A DNA stretch of 64,000 nucleotides, from positions 13,315 to 77,314 of the forward strand of contig JANYAH010000083.1 of assembly GCA_025361425.1 (NCBI GenBank), written 5' to 3'. The position numbers and the translations under genes are program-made. Below the pieces are notes generated by a model that saw only the letters and a list, made by a program, of their open reading frames with translations, was not told the DNA's origin and did not search any database. Of the stretch, positions 44,775 to 55,264 are shown piece by piece (positions within the stretch are counted from its first letter, which is position 1; the number at the start of each line of letters is the position of its first letter). The DNA comes from Candidatus Solibacter sp. Lineage in GTDB: Bacteria > Acidobacteriota > Terriglobia > Bryobacterales > Bryobacteraceae.

Positions 44775-44812
44775 AAAAAACCCCACCGCGCCCGGAGGCG
44801 GGGTGGGGCTTT
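44775..44812. terminator. bidirectional hairpin terminator between convergent genes
   Basis: aaaaaaCCCCACCGCgcccggagGCGGGGTGGGGcttt. An A run precedes it (a T run on the minus strand, serving the TonB receptor gene). A weaker T tract follows on the plus strand. Confidence 0.55.
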
Positions 44813-44826
44813 CGGCAATACGGGGT

Positions 44827-47800
44827 CTAGAAGAAGAACTTGGCCGCGAGTTGCGCAAAGCGCGGGAAGTTCAACTGGCTCTTCGGAAGCACGCCGAAGT
44901 CCTGGCTGGTAAAGCTGGTGTTCGGACCGGGACGGATGGCCGAGTTGGCGACGTTGAACATCTCGCCGCGGAACGTGACCTTGTAGCGCTCGTGGAATTT
45001 GATTTCCTTTTCCACGGCCGCGTTCAGGATGGGCTTTTGGGGATCGCGGATGGTGCCGGGGAACCGATCCGGAAGCACGCGCAGGGTATTGGACGGACGC
45101 TGCACGTAGCAGGTCTTGTCATTGTTGAAATAGTGATTTTCGTCCTGAGTGGTGGCTGCCCACGTGCCGCAGGAGTTGATCAAATCGGGCCAGCCGGTGG
45201 GGTAACCGGAAACGTAGGTAAGGATCCAGTCCGCGCGCCAGTTGCCGAGCACTGCGTGGGCCAACTTGGAGGAGTTGGCGAACTTGCGGCCCTTGCCGAA
45301 AGGCACGTCCCACACGCCGCTGAAGCTGATGTTGTGAGTCTTGTCGGTGTTGCTTAACTCATATACCAGCGGCTCGCTGGTGTTCCAGCCGGCGCCGAGG
45401 CGGTGGTTCCTCTCGTATTCCTTGCCGAACGTCCAGGAGAACACCCAGGTCAGGATTCCGGCTGCGCTGTTGGAACCGCCGAAGGCGCGCTTTTCCACCT
45501 TGACCTGAAGTTCTTCAGACCGGAAGTTGGCTGCCTGCATGCCGTTGTTGGACATACCTCCCCAGAGCGGATACAACTGCATCAGGCTGGAGCGCGAGAT
45601 GGTCTGGTTGGCGCCGCGGCCGGAAGTAGCCGGGAGGATGCCGTAGAACGGATTGTTCACGGTCGCACTGTAGAACGTGGTATCGGCGATCGCTTTGTTC
45701 TGCAAGGCCAGACCCGCTTCACCCGACGGCCAGTTCATATCGAAGCCGTAGGTCTCGAAGATCTGGGAGTTGCCCGAAAAGGAGATCTCGGCGACCATGC
45801 CCTTGGGGAGCTCCTGTTGGAATCCGAGCGAATACTGGTAAGTGCGCGGAATCCGGTACTTGGCGGGCTCATAGCCGACGCCGTTGCCGATCGCCGTCAT
45901 GGCTCCGCCGGCTGCCTTCAGGGGCGAAGCGATGCCCTGCGGGAACGGATCCACCAGCGAATACGGCCCCGTGGGCGGCCCGTTCACGCAAGCGTTGTTG
46001 GCGCAAGCCGAGGGTGTTTTGGGGTCGAAGGCGTTGGCGGTATAGCTCGTGCTTTGGCTGAACCCGTTGGAGCCCTGCGTCCCGGTAGGCGATTTATAGA
46101 ACACGCCGACGCCGGTTCGAAGCACGGTTTTGGGAAGAATGCGGTACGCCAGGCCGAAGCGCGGCCCGAAATTGGTCCAGTCGGTATCGTACATGCGCGC
46201 CGATTGGCCGTTGGCTCCCAGGAATAACCACTGTCCGGTCAGCACCGACGGAGCATCCGGATAGGCGTATTTGGGGTTGGTGGCATCGTAGGCGCTCTTT
46301 TCGACAGCCCACTTGGCCAGAATCTGATCGCTCAGGGGATTTTTGGTCAGGATGTCGAAGCCCCGGTTGCGGCGGTTGTAGCGTTCCAGGAATGGAATCT
46401 GCACGTCGTACCGCAGACCGAGATTCAGGGACAGTTTCTGGGTCACCTTCCAGTCGTCCTGCAGATAGGCTGCGTAGTAGGGGCGGCTCCAATAATAGGT
46501 GTCCGCGTACTCGATGCTGCCGCTGCTGGGAAGCCCGAGGAGCAGGGTGGCAATGCTGTTGAACTGGTCGGTAGCGTTCAGAGAGCGGCTGGAAGCCTGG
46601 CGGGTCAGACCGGAATCGAAAGTGAAAATGCCTTGCGAATTCCCGGTTCCGCCGTTGCCCACCGCGTAGTAGTTGAACTCGATTCCGGCGCGGAGTGTGT
46701 GGCTACCGCGAGTCATGGTGAGGCTGGGTGCAAAGTTCCACTGGTTGCGCGGGGACCAGGTGGAGAGCGGGCCTCCGCTGCCGAACAGAACCTGGTAGCC
46801 GCCCATAGTAAAGCGGGGCACCGTGTCGTTCGGGTAAGTGGGAGCATGCGGCATCTTATTCATACCGAACTCCTTCGAGGTCAGCTTCAGGGCCTGATCG
46901 TTGTAACCCGGGCTCAACTGTGTGAACCGGCCGTAGGAGGCGCGCACGTCGAGAACCGTCGTGGCGTTCACCACGTGGGTCCAGTCCATAATCAGATTAT
47001 TATCCGTCCGTTCGTTGTCCGTGTTACCTTGGGCGGCCGGCTTCGGATAACCGCTCGACGAGCGGAATTCGTATCCGTGCTGGAAGGTATACAGGGCATA
47101 GAACTTGTCATTCTGGCCGAAGACGTGGTCCCAGCGCGCGCTGGGCTGGTTGTACCAATAGCGGCCCAGGTTGCCGCTGGCAACGAAGTTGTTGGTCAGG
47201 GCGCCAATCACGTTCTCCGCAGGATAGTAACCCAATATCTTGGCTCCAATCGGGGAGATCCGGTTCTGCGGAATTACGTTACCGGGGAAGGGATTGCGCC
47301 AGTACGTGGAACCCGTGCTGCCGCCGCAAGGTTCGCTGGCGATGGCGCCGCAATCGTGCGTGGTCAGCGGGTCAAAGATGTTCATGCCGAACTGGGAGAA
47401 GTGCTGGCCGTCGCGCAGCGCGATATTAGGGGTATTGGTGTTGGCGGGGAATGGAACCACTTCTTTCCAGCCTTCGAAGCTCAAAAGCACGAAATCCTTG
47501 TCCTTGCGGATGGGGCCGCCGGCCACGCCGCCGAACTGATGCTGGTTGTGGAAGCCCTTTGGCGCTCCAATGAAGTTGTTCTGGAAGCTGTTGGCGTCCA
47601 ACACCCGGTTGCGCCAGTATTCGAACACATCACCGTGCCACGCGTTACTGCCGGCCTTCATGGTGGTATTGACCACGCCACCCTGGAAGCGGCCGTAGCC
47701 GGCGTCGTAGGTATTGGTCATCACCTTGAATTCCTGCACGGCCTCGACGTTCAGGGCAATCTGCCAGGAGCCGCCGTTATCGCTGATCGGCGCGCCATTC

Positions 47801-48387
47801 AACAGGAACAGATTGTTTCCGGGACGGGCGCCGTTGATTTTATAGCTGTTGTTCACGTCCCAACCGCGGGTGCCGGAGAAACCGCTGGCGCCGAACTGCT
47901 CCTGGGTGAAGATCACGCCCGGAGTCAACGACATCAGCATGTAGGTCTGGCGGCCGTTTAGGGGATACTGCTGCACCTTGACGGTGTCGAAGACCAGGCC
48001 TCGGCTGGCGTCGGCCGTATCGATGGTTTCCTGCTGGCCGGTAACCGTGACTTCCTGCGTCATCTGGCCCACCGTCATTTGCATCGGTAGGTTCATCTTC
48101 TGGGCAACCTGCAAGACGATAGCGGCCCGCTTTAACAGTTGGAAGCCGGAAGCACTGATTTCCACGTTGTATTCGCCCGGGTCAAGGTACGGAATGGTGA
48201 ACACGCCATCCGACGTTGTCTTGACTGTTTTGATTGCGTTCGTCGCCGTGCTGGTTGCTTTTACGGTCGCGCCTGGAACTACCGCTCCGCTGGGATCCGT
48301 GATCGTGCCGGTTAGCGTGGCACGGAAATCCTGGGCATAGAGCCCGGCGGCCAGTGTGAAAAGCGCGAGAACACTTCGCTTTGTCAT
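44827..48387 (-). CDS. giant TonB-dependent receptor with N-terminal carboxypeptidase-regulatory-like domain
   Basis: 1186-aa ORF. Signal peptide MTKRSVLALFTLAAGLYAQ, then TGTITDPSGAVVPGATVKATSTATN...GEYNVEISASGF (CarboxypepD_reg), then plug and barrel ending QLAAKFFF. AGAGGTG lies upstream of the ATG. Confidence 0.9.
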   Translation of the reverse strand: MTKRSVLALFTLAAGLYAQDFRATLTGTITDPSGAVVPGATVKATSTATNAIKTVKTTSDGVFTIPYLDPGEYNVEISASGFQLLKRAAIVLQVAQKMNLPMQMTVGQMTQEVTVTGQQETIDTADASRGLVFDTVKVQQYPLNGRQTYMLMSLTPGVIFTQEQFGASGFSGTRGWDVNNSYKINGARPGNNLFLLNGAPISDNGGSWQIALNVEAVQEFKVMTNTYDAGYGRFQGGVVNTTMKAGSNAWHGDVFEYWRNRVLDANSFQNNFIGAPKGFHNQHQFGGVAGGPIRKDKDFVLLSFEGWKEVVPFPANTNTPNIALRDGQHFSQFGMNIFDPLTTHDCGAIASEPCGGSTGSTYWRNPFPGNVIPQNRISPIGAKILGYYPAENVIGALTNNFVASGNLGRYWYNQPSARWDHVFGQNDKFYALYTFQHGYEFRSSSGYPKPAAQGNTDNERTDNNLIMDWTHVVNATTVLDVRASYGRFTQLSPGYNDQALKLTSKEFGMNKMPHAPTYPNDTVPRFTMGGYQVLFGSGGPLSTWSPRNQWNFAPSLTMTRGSHTLRAGIEFNYYAVGNGGTGNSQGIFTFDSGLTRQASSRSLNATDQFNSIATLLLGLPSSGSIEYADTYYWSRPYYAAYLQDDWKVTQKLSLNLGLRYDVQIPFLERYNRRNRGFDILTKNPLSDQILAKWAVEKSAYDATNPKYAYPDAPSVLTGQWLFLGANGQSARMYDTDWTNFGPRFGLAYRILPKTVLRTGVGVFYKSPTGTQGSNGFSQSTSYTANAFDPKTPSACANNACVNGPPTGPYSLVDPFPQGIASPLKAAGGAMTAIGNGVGYEPAKYRIPRTYQYSLGFQQELPKGMVAEISFSGNSQIFETYGFDMNWPSGEAGLALQNKAIADTTFYSATVNNPFYGILPATSGRGANQTISRSSLMQLYPLWGGMSNNGMQAANFRSEELQVKVEKRAFGGSNSAAGILTWVFSWTFGKEYERNHRLGAGWNTSEPLVYELSNTDKTHNISFSGVWDVPFGKGRKFANSSKLAHAVLGNWRADWILTYVSGYPTGWPDLINSCGTWAATTQDENHYFNNDKTCYVQRPSNTLRVLPDRFPGTIRDPQKPILNAAVEKEIKFHERYKVTFRGEMFNVANSAIRPGPNTSFTSQDFGVLPKSQLNFPRFAQLAAKFFF

Positions 48388-48792
48388 TGCTGATTCACCT
48401 CTTTAGTTTGCTGCTATCCGGCTCCCGGCTAATTTTGTATGGATGGAAGCCGCCCTATCCGCGACGAAAAAGAGGTGGAACCCCCCATTTCGTCACCCTA
48501 TTGCCAAAACTTAAAAACCCAGGATATTGTAACGGATATACCGATCAAACTCCATGGTTTTTCGATAAATTGCTTCGCATTCCTAAATTCTCTAATTTCA
48601 GAATAATGACTATGAAATTCAGGAGCCGCTCAGGACCTTGAAAAATCATGAATACCAATCCCACTGTACGTTTCTACACATAACGGATTTCTGGTTTTCA
48701 TAGCCGTAATTCTTTACAGATGCTTACAATTGACGCCTTCGGGTGGCGTGGCAACCCCCTGCGACGGCGCGACAGGGCGCGCACGCGCACCC

Positions 48793-48831
48793 AAAAAACT
48801 CGGCCGCGACGCCTTGAAGCGTCGCGGCCGG
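48793..48831 (-). terminator. strong rho-independent terminator after the OMP gene
   Basis: The minus strand has a 12-bp perfect stem CGGCCGCGACGC-ttcaag-GCGTCGCGGCCG, followed by agTTTTTT. Confidence 0.7.
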
Positions 48832-48862
48832 GATGGCGGAGGAGAGAAAAAGAGATTCGCGC

Positions 48863-49501
48863 TTACATCTCGAAGCCGAGGCCGACCATGGGGACAAGAT
48901 CATGGAGAATCTTGCCGTACTTCGTGCCGGGCGCCGGAGTAATAATTTCCTTGGGGAATGCCGTGATGTAGTCGCGGAATTCAGTGCGCAGGAAGACCTT
49001 TTTGGTGAGGGCAAACTTGACGCCGCCGCCCACGCTGGCCATGGGCTTAATGGTCTGGGTTTTGGTGAAGTAGCCGAACTGGCTGAGCGGTTGATAGGCG
49101 GCTTCCTTGCCGGTGCCGCGGAACACCTTCATGCCGCCGCCAACGGCCGCGAAGAACTGGACCTTACCGTTGTTCTTGGCGGTTTTGAAAATTAGATCGT
49201 AGTGAACGACATGGGACATGCCGGAGAAAGTGGCTTCACTGCCGCCGCTCTTCAGTTTCAGGTTGCTTTGCAAATATCCGTAGCGGAGTTCGCCGCCGAT
49301 GTGCCTGTACTGGCTGTACCCGACGTATCCGCCGAAGGCGGCGCCGGCCTTAAAGCCGGCGGTGGCGGAGCCGATTCCGCCGCTCACCGGCACGCTATTG
49401 AGAAAGCTGCCACCACCAGCGCCACCGAATTCCCACTGCTGGGCGAAACTTGCCGCAGCGGCAGCGGTCAGGATCAGAATTGAGCGTACAAGCATTTTCA
49501 T
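48863..49501 (-). CDS. outer-membrane beta-barrel protein (OmpA-N/OmpW-like porin family)
   Basis: 212-aa ORF with signal peptide MKMLVRSILILTAAAAASFAQ. It has alternating Gly/aromatic beta-strands (GGYVGYSQY, GGELRYGY, FAAVGGGMKVF). It lies 16 nt downstream of the propeller gene. Confidence 0.75.
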   Translation of the reverse strand: MKMLVRSILILTAAAAASFAQQWEFGGAGGGSFLNSVPVSGGIGSATAGFKAGAAFGGYVGYSQYRHIGGELRYGYLQSNLKLKSGGSEATFSGMSHVVHYDLIFKTAKNNGKVQFFAAVGGGMKVFRGTGKEAAYQPLSQFGYFTKTQTIKPMASVGGGVKFALTKKVFLRTEFRDYITAFPKEIITPAPGTKYGKILHDLVPMVGLGFEM

Positions 49502-49517
49502 ATTCAGTCTTCCGTGG

Positions 49518-52500
49518 CTACTTCACAACCCGTACATCGAGCGTAGTGGAGCTGCCGCCCTGTGAGATGACCAACGGTATGGACAATCCCAGCGGCGCCG
49601 ACTGCGGCACCACGGCATTGATTTGATAGAGCCCGACGGAGCCGGGCACGAGGCCTGCATACTGCACGTCGAGAGCCACGCCGCCCAGCAAAACGCTGGG
49701 CTGAATCACGGCATAGGGCAGCGGGTCGGAGGGCGCGGGCATACCGGCATCGATGGCCGGAGAGGTGCGACCCAGACCAGTGGCCCAGATGATGATGGTA
49801 TTGCCGAGGTGTACCGGATTGGTGGGGGTGACGAGCTCGCCGTTATCGGCGCGAGTGATGGTGGTGAGGCCGGTTTCCGGTCCGGCGGCGCCGGTGCGGA
49901 AGACGCTGGGCGCGGCGGCCAAAATGGAGAAATTGAAGTTGTCACTGATACCGCCCGGCGTGCGCAGGGTCATCTGGGCGTTGCCATCGACGTTGAAGGG
50001 CAACTGTCCGTTGATCTGCTGGGGGCTGACAAAGAGCACGGGGACGGCGACACCGTTGACGGTGAGGCAGCTTTCGGCGAGGGCGGTAGGCAGCGGAATT
50101 TCCTTTGTAGCGATGTTGAGCGGAGCCATCTGCTGGCCGTAGACACTGATCAATCCGCCGGGGGCCACGGGGAGTTTGCCATCGGCGGCGTTGACCACGG
50201 CGGAGATCTTGGGCGGCGCCACGGCGGCGTCGTAGTTCCACGGCAGTACGCTGAAGCCGGAGACGGAGAGCGAGATCACCGCGCTACGGTCGTAAAGCGG
50301 AGCCAGCGACCGCAGGAAGTTCATGCCAACGCCGGCACCCGAAGCGGAGCCGGTCGGGAAGACCGCCCCGGCGGCTGCCGCGGATCCCGTGGCGGAGGCG
50401 GCGCTGGCGAGCAGGGGCGCTTCTACCAGGCGCGTGGGCTTGCCGGAGACCGAAATCTGCGCCGCATCGAAACGTTCAATGATGCCCGGAGCCGACAGAG
50501 AGGACGTGGTGGTTCGAAAACCGTTTTGATCGATGAAGGCGAAGCCGGAGGGCGCGCCGGAGGCGGTTTGCAGAACGCCGGCGGGCACCAGCGAGGCGTT
50601 CAGTAGATTGCTGCCGACGACGTAGGAGTTATAGCTGGATGCGGCGTAGGCCCCGGAGAGGGAATTGAAATCCTTGCGCGACACGGTAAAGGTATCGGCG
50701 TTGGCATCGTAGAGCATGACGTTGCCGTCGGGCATAACCCCCAGGATGGCGCCGCCGTTGGGCGCGGGTGCCAGCACGCCGCCGGGGTTCACGTCGTTCT
50801 TGTAGATGCCGAGGCTGGGCAGTTCGATGGCGCGGTGCGCCGCGAAATCGATACGGTCGATCACGCCCGGACCGCCTTTGGCGGCATTGCGCACCAGGGC
50901 GAGCATGGTCTTACCGCTCTCCGCGATAGAGCGCGGATAGTGGCCGCTGGGGAACTGGATGGGCGCTTGGCGCTCCAAACTGTCCAGATCGTACACCCAC
51001 GCCTGCTGGGCGTTGTCGTGACCGATAACCAGGAATTTGCGGTCGAAGGTGAAGGCGACCTGCGTGGGCGTAGCGGACGTCTTCAGCGCGGCGATCTGCG
51101 AATAGTTAGTGCTGTCGAACACCAACACCTGGTCCGTATCCTGGGCCACGATGTAGAAGCGGTTGCGCACGGGGTCGGCCAAGAGATCGGTCAGGTAACC
51201 CGGGATATTGACCAGAGTGCCGCGCTGATCGGGGTTGCGGTTGTTAATCAGCAAGCGGATCTGGGGCGGCAGATTGATGGCGGCGACGGAGTTCATGGTC
51301 AGGGCCACGGACAGTGTGCCGTTCTGGTTCTGGAAAACGGTGGGATCGACGCGCACCTGCACCACGGCCGGGGTAGTTCCGGAAGAGGGAGAAATGCTGA
51401 CGCCCTGGGTGTTGGTGGAAAGCTGGAAATCGGTGTTGCCGCCGCTGGGGTCGGTGATGGTAATGGTTTGGGTAATCACGTTGCGGTTGCAGAAGGCGCC
51501 GCGAGCCACCACATCGCGCACGGAAGCAACCAAGCGATGCTGCTGCCTCAATCTGCCGACCGGAAAGACCATGACGCCGCTATCGGAGACGGTGTACAGC
51601 AGGTCGGCGGCGGCGCTGAGTACGCTGCGGCCGGTAATATTTTCTGGAATCGAGAAGCTCTCCTTGACCAGCAGGTTCTCGGCATCCAGGATGGACAGGA
51701 CCGCCGGCGCAGCCTGCACCGCCGGCGAAGAGCCTGTGGATGTACTTCCGGAGGCGCTCAGAATTTGGGCGTAGATGATGCCGGCTTTGGAATCGATGGC
51801 ATTTCCGCCGATATTGGCGGAGGCGATGGAATTCGGAAATTGTGCGAGGTTATCGGCGTTGCCGTTGAGGCGGTATTGGCCGATCATCGCCCAGGAGCCG
51901 TCGGCGGCCACGCTGACACGGGCCAGCGGCTTGGGTGCCGCCACAATGCCGATGCTGTAGAGGTCGCCGCGGCGCGCGTCGAAGCGATAGAAGGCCTGCG
52001 CGGAGCCGCTGTCGGCGATGCCGTAGACGATGGTGCGGTCGAGGTTGGTAGATAGTGCGGCCAAAATCACCTGCGATGGGAAGGTGTCGAGATTGGCAGG
52101 CAGGGTCTTCGCCAGCGCGGCGAAGGTGGCCAGGTTCTGCATGGCCCCGGAGATGGGGTCGAACAGCAGAATCCCGGCGGAGGTGACGATGAAGGCGCGC
52201 CCGTCGGCAAGAAAGGTGAGGCCCAGCGGAGTATCACCGGTGGAAAACGTTTGCCGGGTATTGTCATTGAGGTTAATCAGGGTGACCGCGTTCTTACTGG
52301 GGTCGGCGGGCGCGAGACTACCGTAGTGGGCCACCAGGAGGTATTTGGAGTCGGGAGATAGGGAGACGGCTCCCGGTTGAGGCGCCACGTTCATCGACGT
52401 GCGGATGGAGTAGTCCGCCGTAGACATGACTTCGATGCGGTTCGCCGTGAAATTGGCGATGTAGAGCACGCCTCGGGATTCATCAAGGGCGATATCGGAT

Positions 52501-52607
52501 GCGTGGCCGCCAATCGGTACGATGGTCCCGAAGCTGGCTGCATCGCAGGGTAGCGAGCTGAGCAGAGCAGTGAACGCGGTCAAGATCAGGCAATTGTTCC
52601 AGCGCAT
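49518..52607 (-). CDS. secreted beta-propeller (YVTN-like repeats) protein with Solibacter-type C-terminal domain (TIGR03437-like)
   Basis: Signal peptide MRWNNCLILTAFTALLSSLPCDA. Propeller blades (LDESRGVLYIANFTANRIEVM, LSPDSKYLLVAHYG ...). The C-terminal ~220 aa are APGGLISVYGQQM...SPQQINGQLP...AAPSVF...WATGLGRT...GLVPGSVGLYQINAVVP. Start taken at the internal ATG 52607. Confidence 0.8.
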   Translation of the reverse strand: MRWNNCLILTAFTALLSSLPCDAASFGTIVPIGGHASDIALDESRGVLYIANFTANRIEVMSTADYSIRTSMNVAPQPGAVSLSPDSKYLLVAHYGSLAPADPSKNAVTLINLNDNTRQTFSTGDTPLGLTFLADGRAFIVTSAGILLFDPISGAMQNLATFAALAKTLPANLDTFPSQVILAALSTNLDRTIVYGIADSGSAQAFYRFDARRGDLYSIGIVAAPKPLARVSVAADGSWAMIGQYRLNGNADNLAQFPNSIASANIGGNAIDSKAGIIYAQILSASGSTSTGSSPAVQAAPAVLSILDAENLLVKESFSIPENITGRSVLSAAADLLYTVSDSGVMVFPVGRLRQQHRLVASVRDVVARGAFCNRNVITQTITITDPSGGNTDFQLSTNTQGVSISPSSGTTPAVVQVRVDPTVFQNQNGTLSVALTMNSVAAINLPPQIRLLINNRNPDQRGTLVNIPGYLTDLLADPVRNRFYIVAQDTDQVLVFDSTNYSQIAALKTSATPTQVAFTFDRKFLVIGHDNAQQAWVYDLDSLERQAPIQFPSGHYPRSIAESGKTMLALVRNAAKGGPGVIDRIDFAAHRAIELPSLGIYKNDVNPGGVLAPAPNGGAILGVMPDGNVMLYDANADTFTVSRKDFNSLSGAYAASSYNSYVVGSNLLNASLVPAGVLQTASGAPSGFAFIDQNGFRTTTSSLSAPGIIERFDAAQISVSGKPTRLVEAPLLASAASATGSAAAAGAVFPTGSASGAGVGMNFLRSLAPLYDRSAVISLSVSGFSVLPWNYDAAVAPPKISAVVNAADGKLPVAPGGLISVYGQQMAPLNIATKEIPLPTALAESCLTVNGVAVPVLFVSPQQINGQLPFNVDGNAQMTLRTPGGISDNFNFSILAAAPSVFRTGAAGPETGLTTITRADNGELVTPTNPVHLGNTIIIWATGLGRTSPAIDAGMPAPSDPLPYAVIQPSVLLGGVALDVQYAGLVPGSVGLYQINAVVPQSAPLGLSIPLVISQGGSSTTLDVRVVK

Positions 52608-52810
52608 AAATTTAGGGCCTTCCGACGTTACGATTAAAGTCCCGCAACGCCGGGGAATCAATGATCGAAATGGCTAGCAACCGCGGCATTACCAAAGTTA
52701 GCCGTGTATTTCCGTAGGCTTATGCGTATACTTCCCGCGTGGATCGAATCTCGCCTGAGCGCTGGAAGCGGCATGGGGCTGGTTCGCACACGGAAGGGCC
52801 TATTACCGCC

Positions 52811-55108
52811 ATGAAGAATCTCGACCGGAAATACGTACCGATTTTCGCGATCGTCGCGCTCAGCATGGCGCTGGCGCCGATATTTCGCGGCCAGGATCTA
52901 GGCTCCACGACGCGGATCACGCCCGTGCCCGCCGACGCCCAATACACGGTCGACGGGCAAGACTATTCGCACGCCTCAAGCGCGGTGTGGCCGACGGGGA
53001 GCAAGCACACGCTGTGGGTGCCTAGTGAGCTTCAGCTGGGCCATTTCCGGATGAAATACATATTCCGCGGCTGGGAGTTCGCGGGCGGGCCCCTTCCGTT
53101 CAATCCGGTAACGGTGACGGCGAGTCCGGCGATCCCCGAGTACCGCGCGGTGTTCGACGTGCTTTACGCACTCGGCGTGGTGTTCTTCAACTGCTCGGAT
53201 ACCTCGCCCTGCCAAAGCCCGGGCACAATCTCGGTGAACGGGATTACATACAATGCGACGGACAATTTGTACCTGCCGGCGAACTCCACGGTGGTCTTGC
53301 AGGCATTTCCCAATCCGGGATATGTCTTCATGGGGTGGCTACAGGGTCAAAGCCAGGTGGTCACCGGCTTCCAGAATACGGTAACGCTGACCAGCCCGAT
53401 GAACGTATATCCAAGGTTTCAATCGGCACGCAAGGTCAACCTGACTACCGATCCGCCGGAGCTGACGGTGCTCGCCGACCGGGCGCCGGTGCCGACGCCG
53501 GCTACGTTGGACTGGGCGGTCGACTCGGTGCATACGGTGGGCGCCAACTCGCCGCAGAGAGACCGATTCGGCAAAATGTGGACATTTAAATCGTGGAGCG
53601 ATGGCGGTGAGTTGAACCACGCATACAAGGTGGCGATTTCGACCATGGCGACCGGTTTGACGGCGAACTACGTACCCGCGGCGGCGGTCAGCATCCTGAC
53701 GGCGCCGGTGGGGCTGAAGATCAAAGTGGACGGGCAGTCCAACGTGCTCAATCCTTATTACTTCGCCTGGGGAGCCGGCGAGCAGCACCACCTGGAAGCG
53801 CCGGCGCAGCAGACCGACGCGGCGGGACGGGTGTGGCAATTCAGTTCGTGGTCCAACGGCGGGAAGGCAACGCAGGATTTCATTGTGCCGGTGGATTCGG
53901 AGGCGAACGGTCTGCGGTTGATGGCGACGTATACGCCGCTGACCAAGCTCGCCGTCAACAGCTCACTGGCCGGGTTAAGCGTAAAACTGGACGGCGTGGC
54001 CTGCACGACGCCGTGCGAGACGCTGCGCGACGTGGGCACGCAGGTGCGAGTGAGCGCGCCGGCCTCGGTTTCACAAGGCGATGGAATGCGCGCGGATTTC
54101 GACGGCTGGCCGGGAACGGCGGCGGGCGACTTGGTGGTCACACTGGGCGACAGCGCGGTTACATTGAACGCGAATTATCACCTGCTCAACCGGCTCAGCG
54201 CGGCCAGCGATCCGGTGGACGCAGTGGTGTGGACCGTGCTGCCGGCATCGCCGGACGGCTTCTATCGAGCCGACGCGAATGTGGCGTTGAGCCTGAAGAC
54301 GCAGCCCGGCTACAAATTCCGGCGCTGGGACGGCGACCTGAGCGGCACGATTCCATGGGGCGTAGTCACGATGAGCGCGCCCCGGGTGGTGAAGGCGCTG
54401 CTCGATCCGGTCCCGTATATTGCGCCGGCGGGGGTGAGCAATGCAGCGGGAACGACGCCGCAATCGGGCGTGGCGGCCGGCGGCATCGTATCGATTTTCG
54501 GCGTCAATCTGGCGGTGGAGACACTGGTGGCGCCGGACGGCATGCTGCCCCAGACCCTGGGCGGACTGACGGTGCGCGTGGGCGACCGCCTTCTGCCGCT
54601 ATTCTTCGTTTCGGCGCAGCAGATCAATGCGCTGCTGCCGGACGATCTGGCGACCGGGAGTCAGGTGATGACCATCAGTGCTACGGGCGCGCCGGACGTG
54701 CGCGCCGAATTCACTGTCGTGCGCAACGCGCCGGGGCTGTTCCCAGTGGTGGTCGGCGGTCAGGCCATGGCGATAGCGCTCCATGAGGACGGTTCGCCGG
54801 TGACAGCGGATGCGCCGGCGCGATCGGCCGAGCTGCTGACGGTGTACGGCACGGGGTTCGGCCCGGCCGAACGCGTACGGCCGGAGGGTTTCCCGATTCC
54901 GCAAACGCCCGCGTACAACATCGTGGATGCGGTGACGGTGCAGGTGGGCGAGGTGGTCACACCCGCGGGGAAGGCGTTCGCGGTGGTGGGACGCTGCGGA
55001 ATCGATGCCGTACAGTTCCGGCTCAACAGCGCGGTAACGGGGACGCTGACGCTGCGGATTACCGTCAACGGCGCGGATAGCAATACACTGCTGCTCCCGG
55101 TGGGCTAG
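52811..55108 (+). CDS. secreted InlB-B-repeat-like multi-repeat protein with Solibacter-type C-terminal domain
   Basis: Signal peptide MKNLDRKYVPIFAIVALSMALAP. It has about six repeats ending in G(Y/F)xFxGW-type motifs (FRGWEFAGG, GYVFMGWLQG, FKSWSDGG, FSSWSNGG, FDGWPG, GYKFRRWDGD). The C-terminus is AAGGIVSIFGVNL...SAQQINALLP...NAPGLFP...YGTGFGP. Confidence 0.8.
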   Translation: MKNLDRKYVPIFAIVALSMALAPIFRGQDLGSTTRITPVPADAQYTVDGQDYSHASSAVWPTGSKHTLWVPSELQLGHFRMKYIFRGWEFAGGPLPFNPVTVTASPAIPEYRAVFDVLYALGVVFFNCSDTSPCQSPGTISVNGITYNATDNLYLPANSTVVLQAFPNPGYVFMGWLQGQSQVVTGFQNTVTLTSPMNVYPRFQSARKVNLTTDPPELTVLADRAPVPTPATLDWAVDSVHTVGANSPQRDRFGKMWTFKSWSDGGELNHAYKVAISTMATGLTANYVPAAAVSILTAPVGLKIKVDGQSNVLNPYYFAWGAGEQHHLEAPAQQTDAAGRVWQFSSWSNGGKATQDFIVPVDSEANGLRLMATYTPLTKLAVNSSLAGLSVKLDGVACTTPCETLRDVGTQVRVSAPASVSQGDGMRADFDGWPGTAAGDLVVTLGDSAVTLNANYHLLNRLSAASDPVDAVVWTVLPASPDGFYRADANVALSLKTQPGYKFRRWDGDLSGTIPWGVVTMSAPRVVKALLDPVPYIAPAGVSNAAGTTPQSGVAAGGIVSIFGVNLAVETLVAPDGMLPQTLGGLTVRVGDRLLPLFFVSAQQINALLPDDLATGSQVMTISATGAPDVRAEFTVVRNAPGLFPVVVGGQAMAIALHEDGSPVTADAPARSAELLTVYGTGFGPAERVRPEGFPIPQTPAYNIVDAVTVQVGEVVTPAGKAFAVVGRCGIDAVQFRLNSAVTGTLTLRITVNGADSNTLLLPVG

Positions 55109-55120
55109 GGCTCGCGAGAT

Positions 55121-55264
55121 TTTCGCCTGCCACCGCACGCTCGACCAAGGCCAAGCCCGTGGATTCGCTGCCAGGCCAACGCGGATCGTCTTGCCAGAAA
55201 GCCTTTCCCGTCCGGACATAGCGAGTTGGCAGGCGAAAGCGCCTGCCCCACGTATAGTGCGTGG
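55121..55264. repeat. inverted-repeat / hairpin cluster in a convergent intergenic region (REP-like)
   Basis: tttcgcctgcca (55121-55132) is the perfect reverse complement of tggcaggcgaaa (55227-55238). There is a local 8-bp hairpin GGCAGGCG-aaag-CGCCTGCC (55228-55247), followed by CCACG-tatagtg-CGTGG (55248-55264). Confidence 0.45.

Noticed and set aside
48601-48620. A Fur-box-like sequence, gaataatgactatgaaattc, in the AT-rich region upstream of the 1186-aa TonB receptor.
   Set aside because: It matches only about 12-13 of 19 positions of GATAATGATAATCATTATC, by my hand alignment. It lies more than 200 nt from the ATG in generally AT-rich DNA. That is too weak to call without a lineage-specific Fur matrix.
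48749-48763. A sigma-54-like TGGCAA-ccccc-TGCG on the plus strand.
   Set aside because: The -12 element is poor and there is no plus-strand gene downstream. It points into the OMP terminator.
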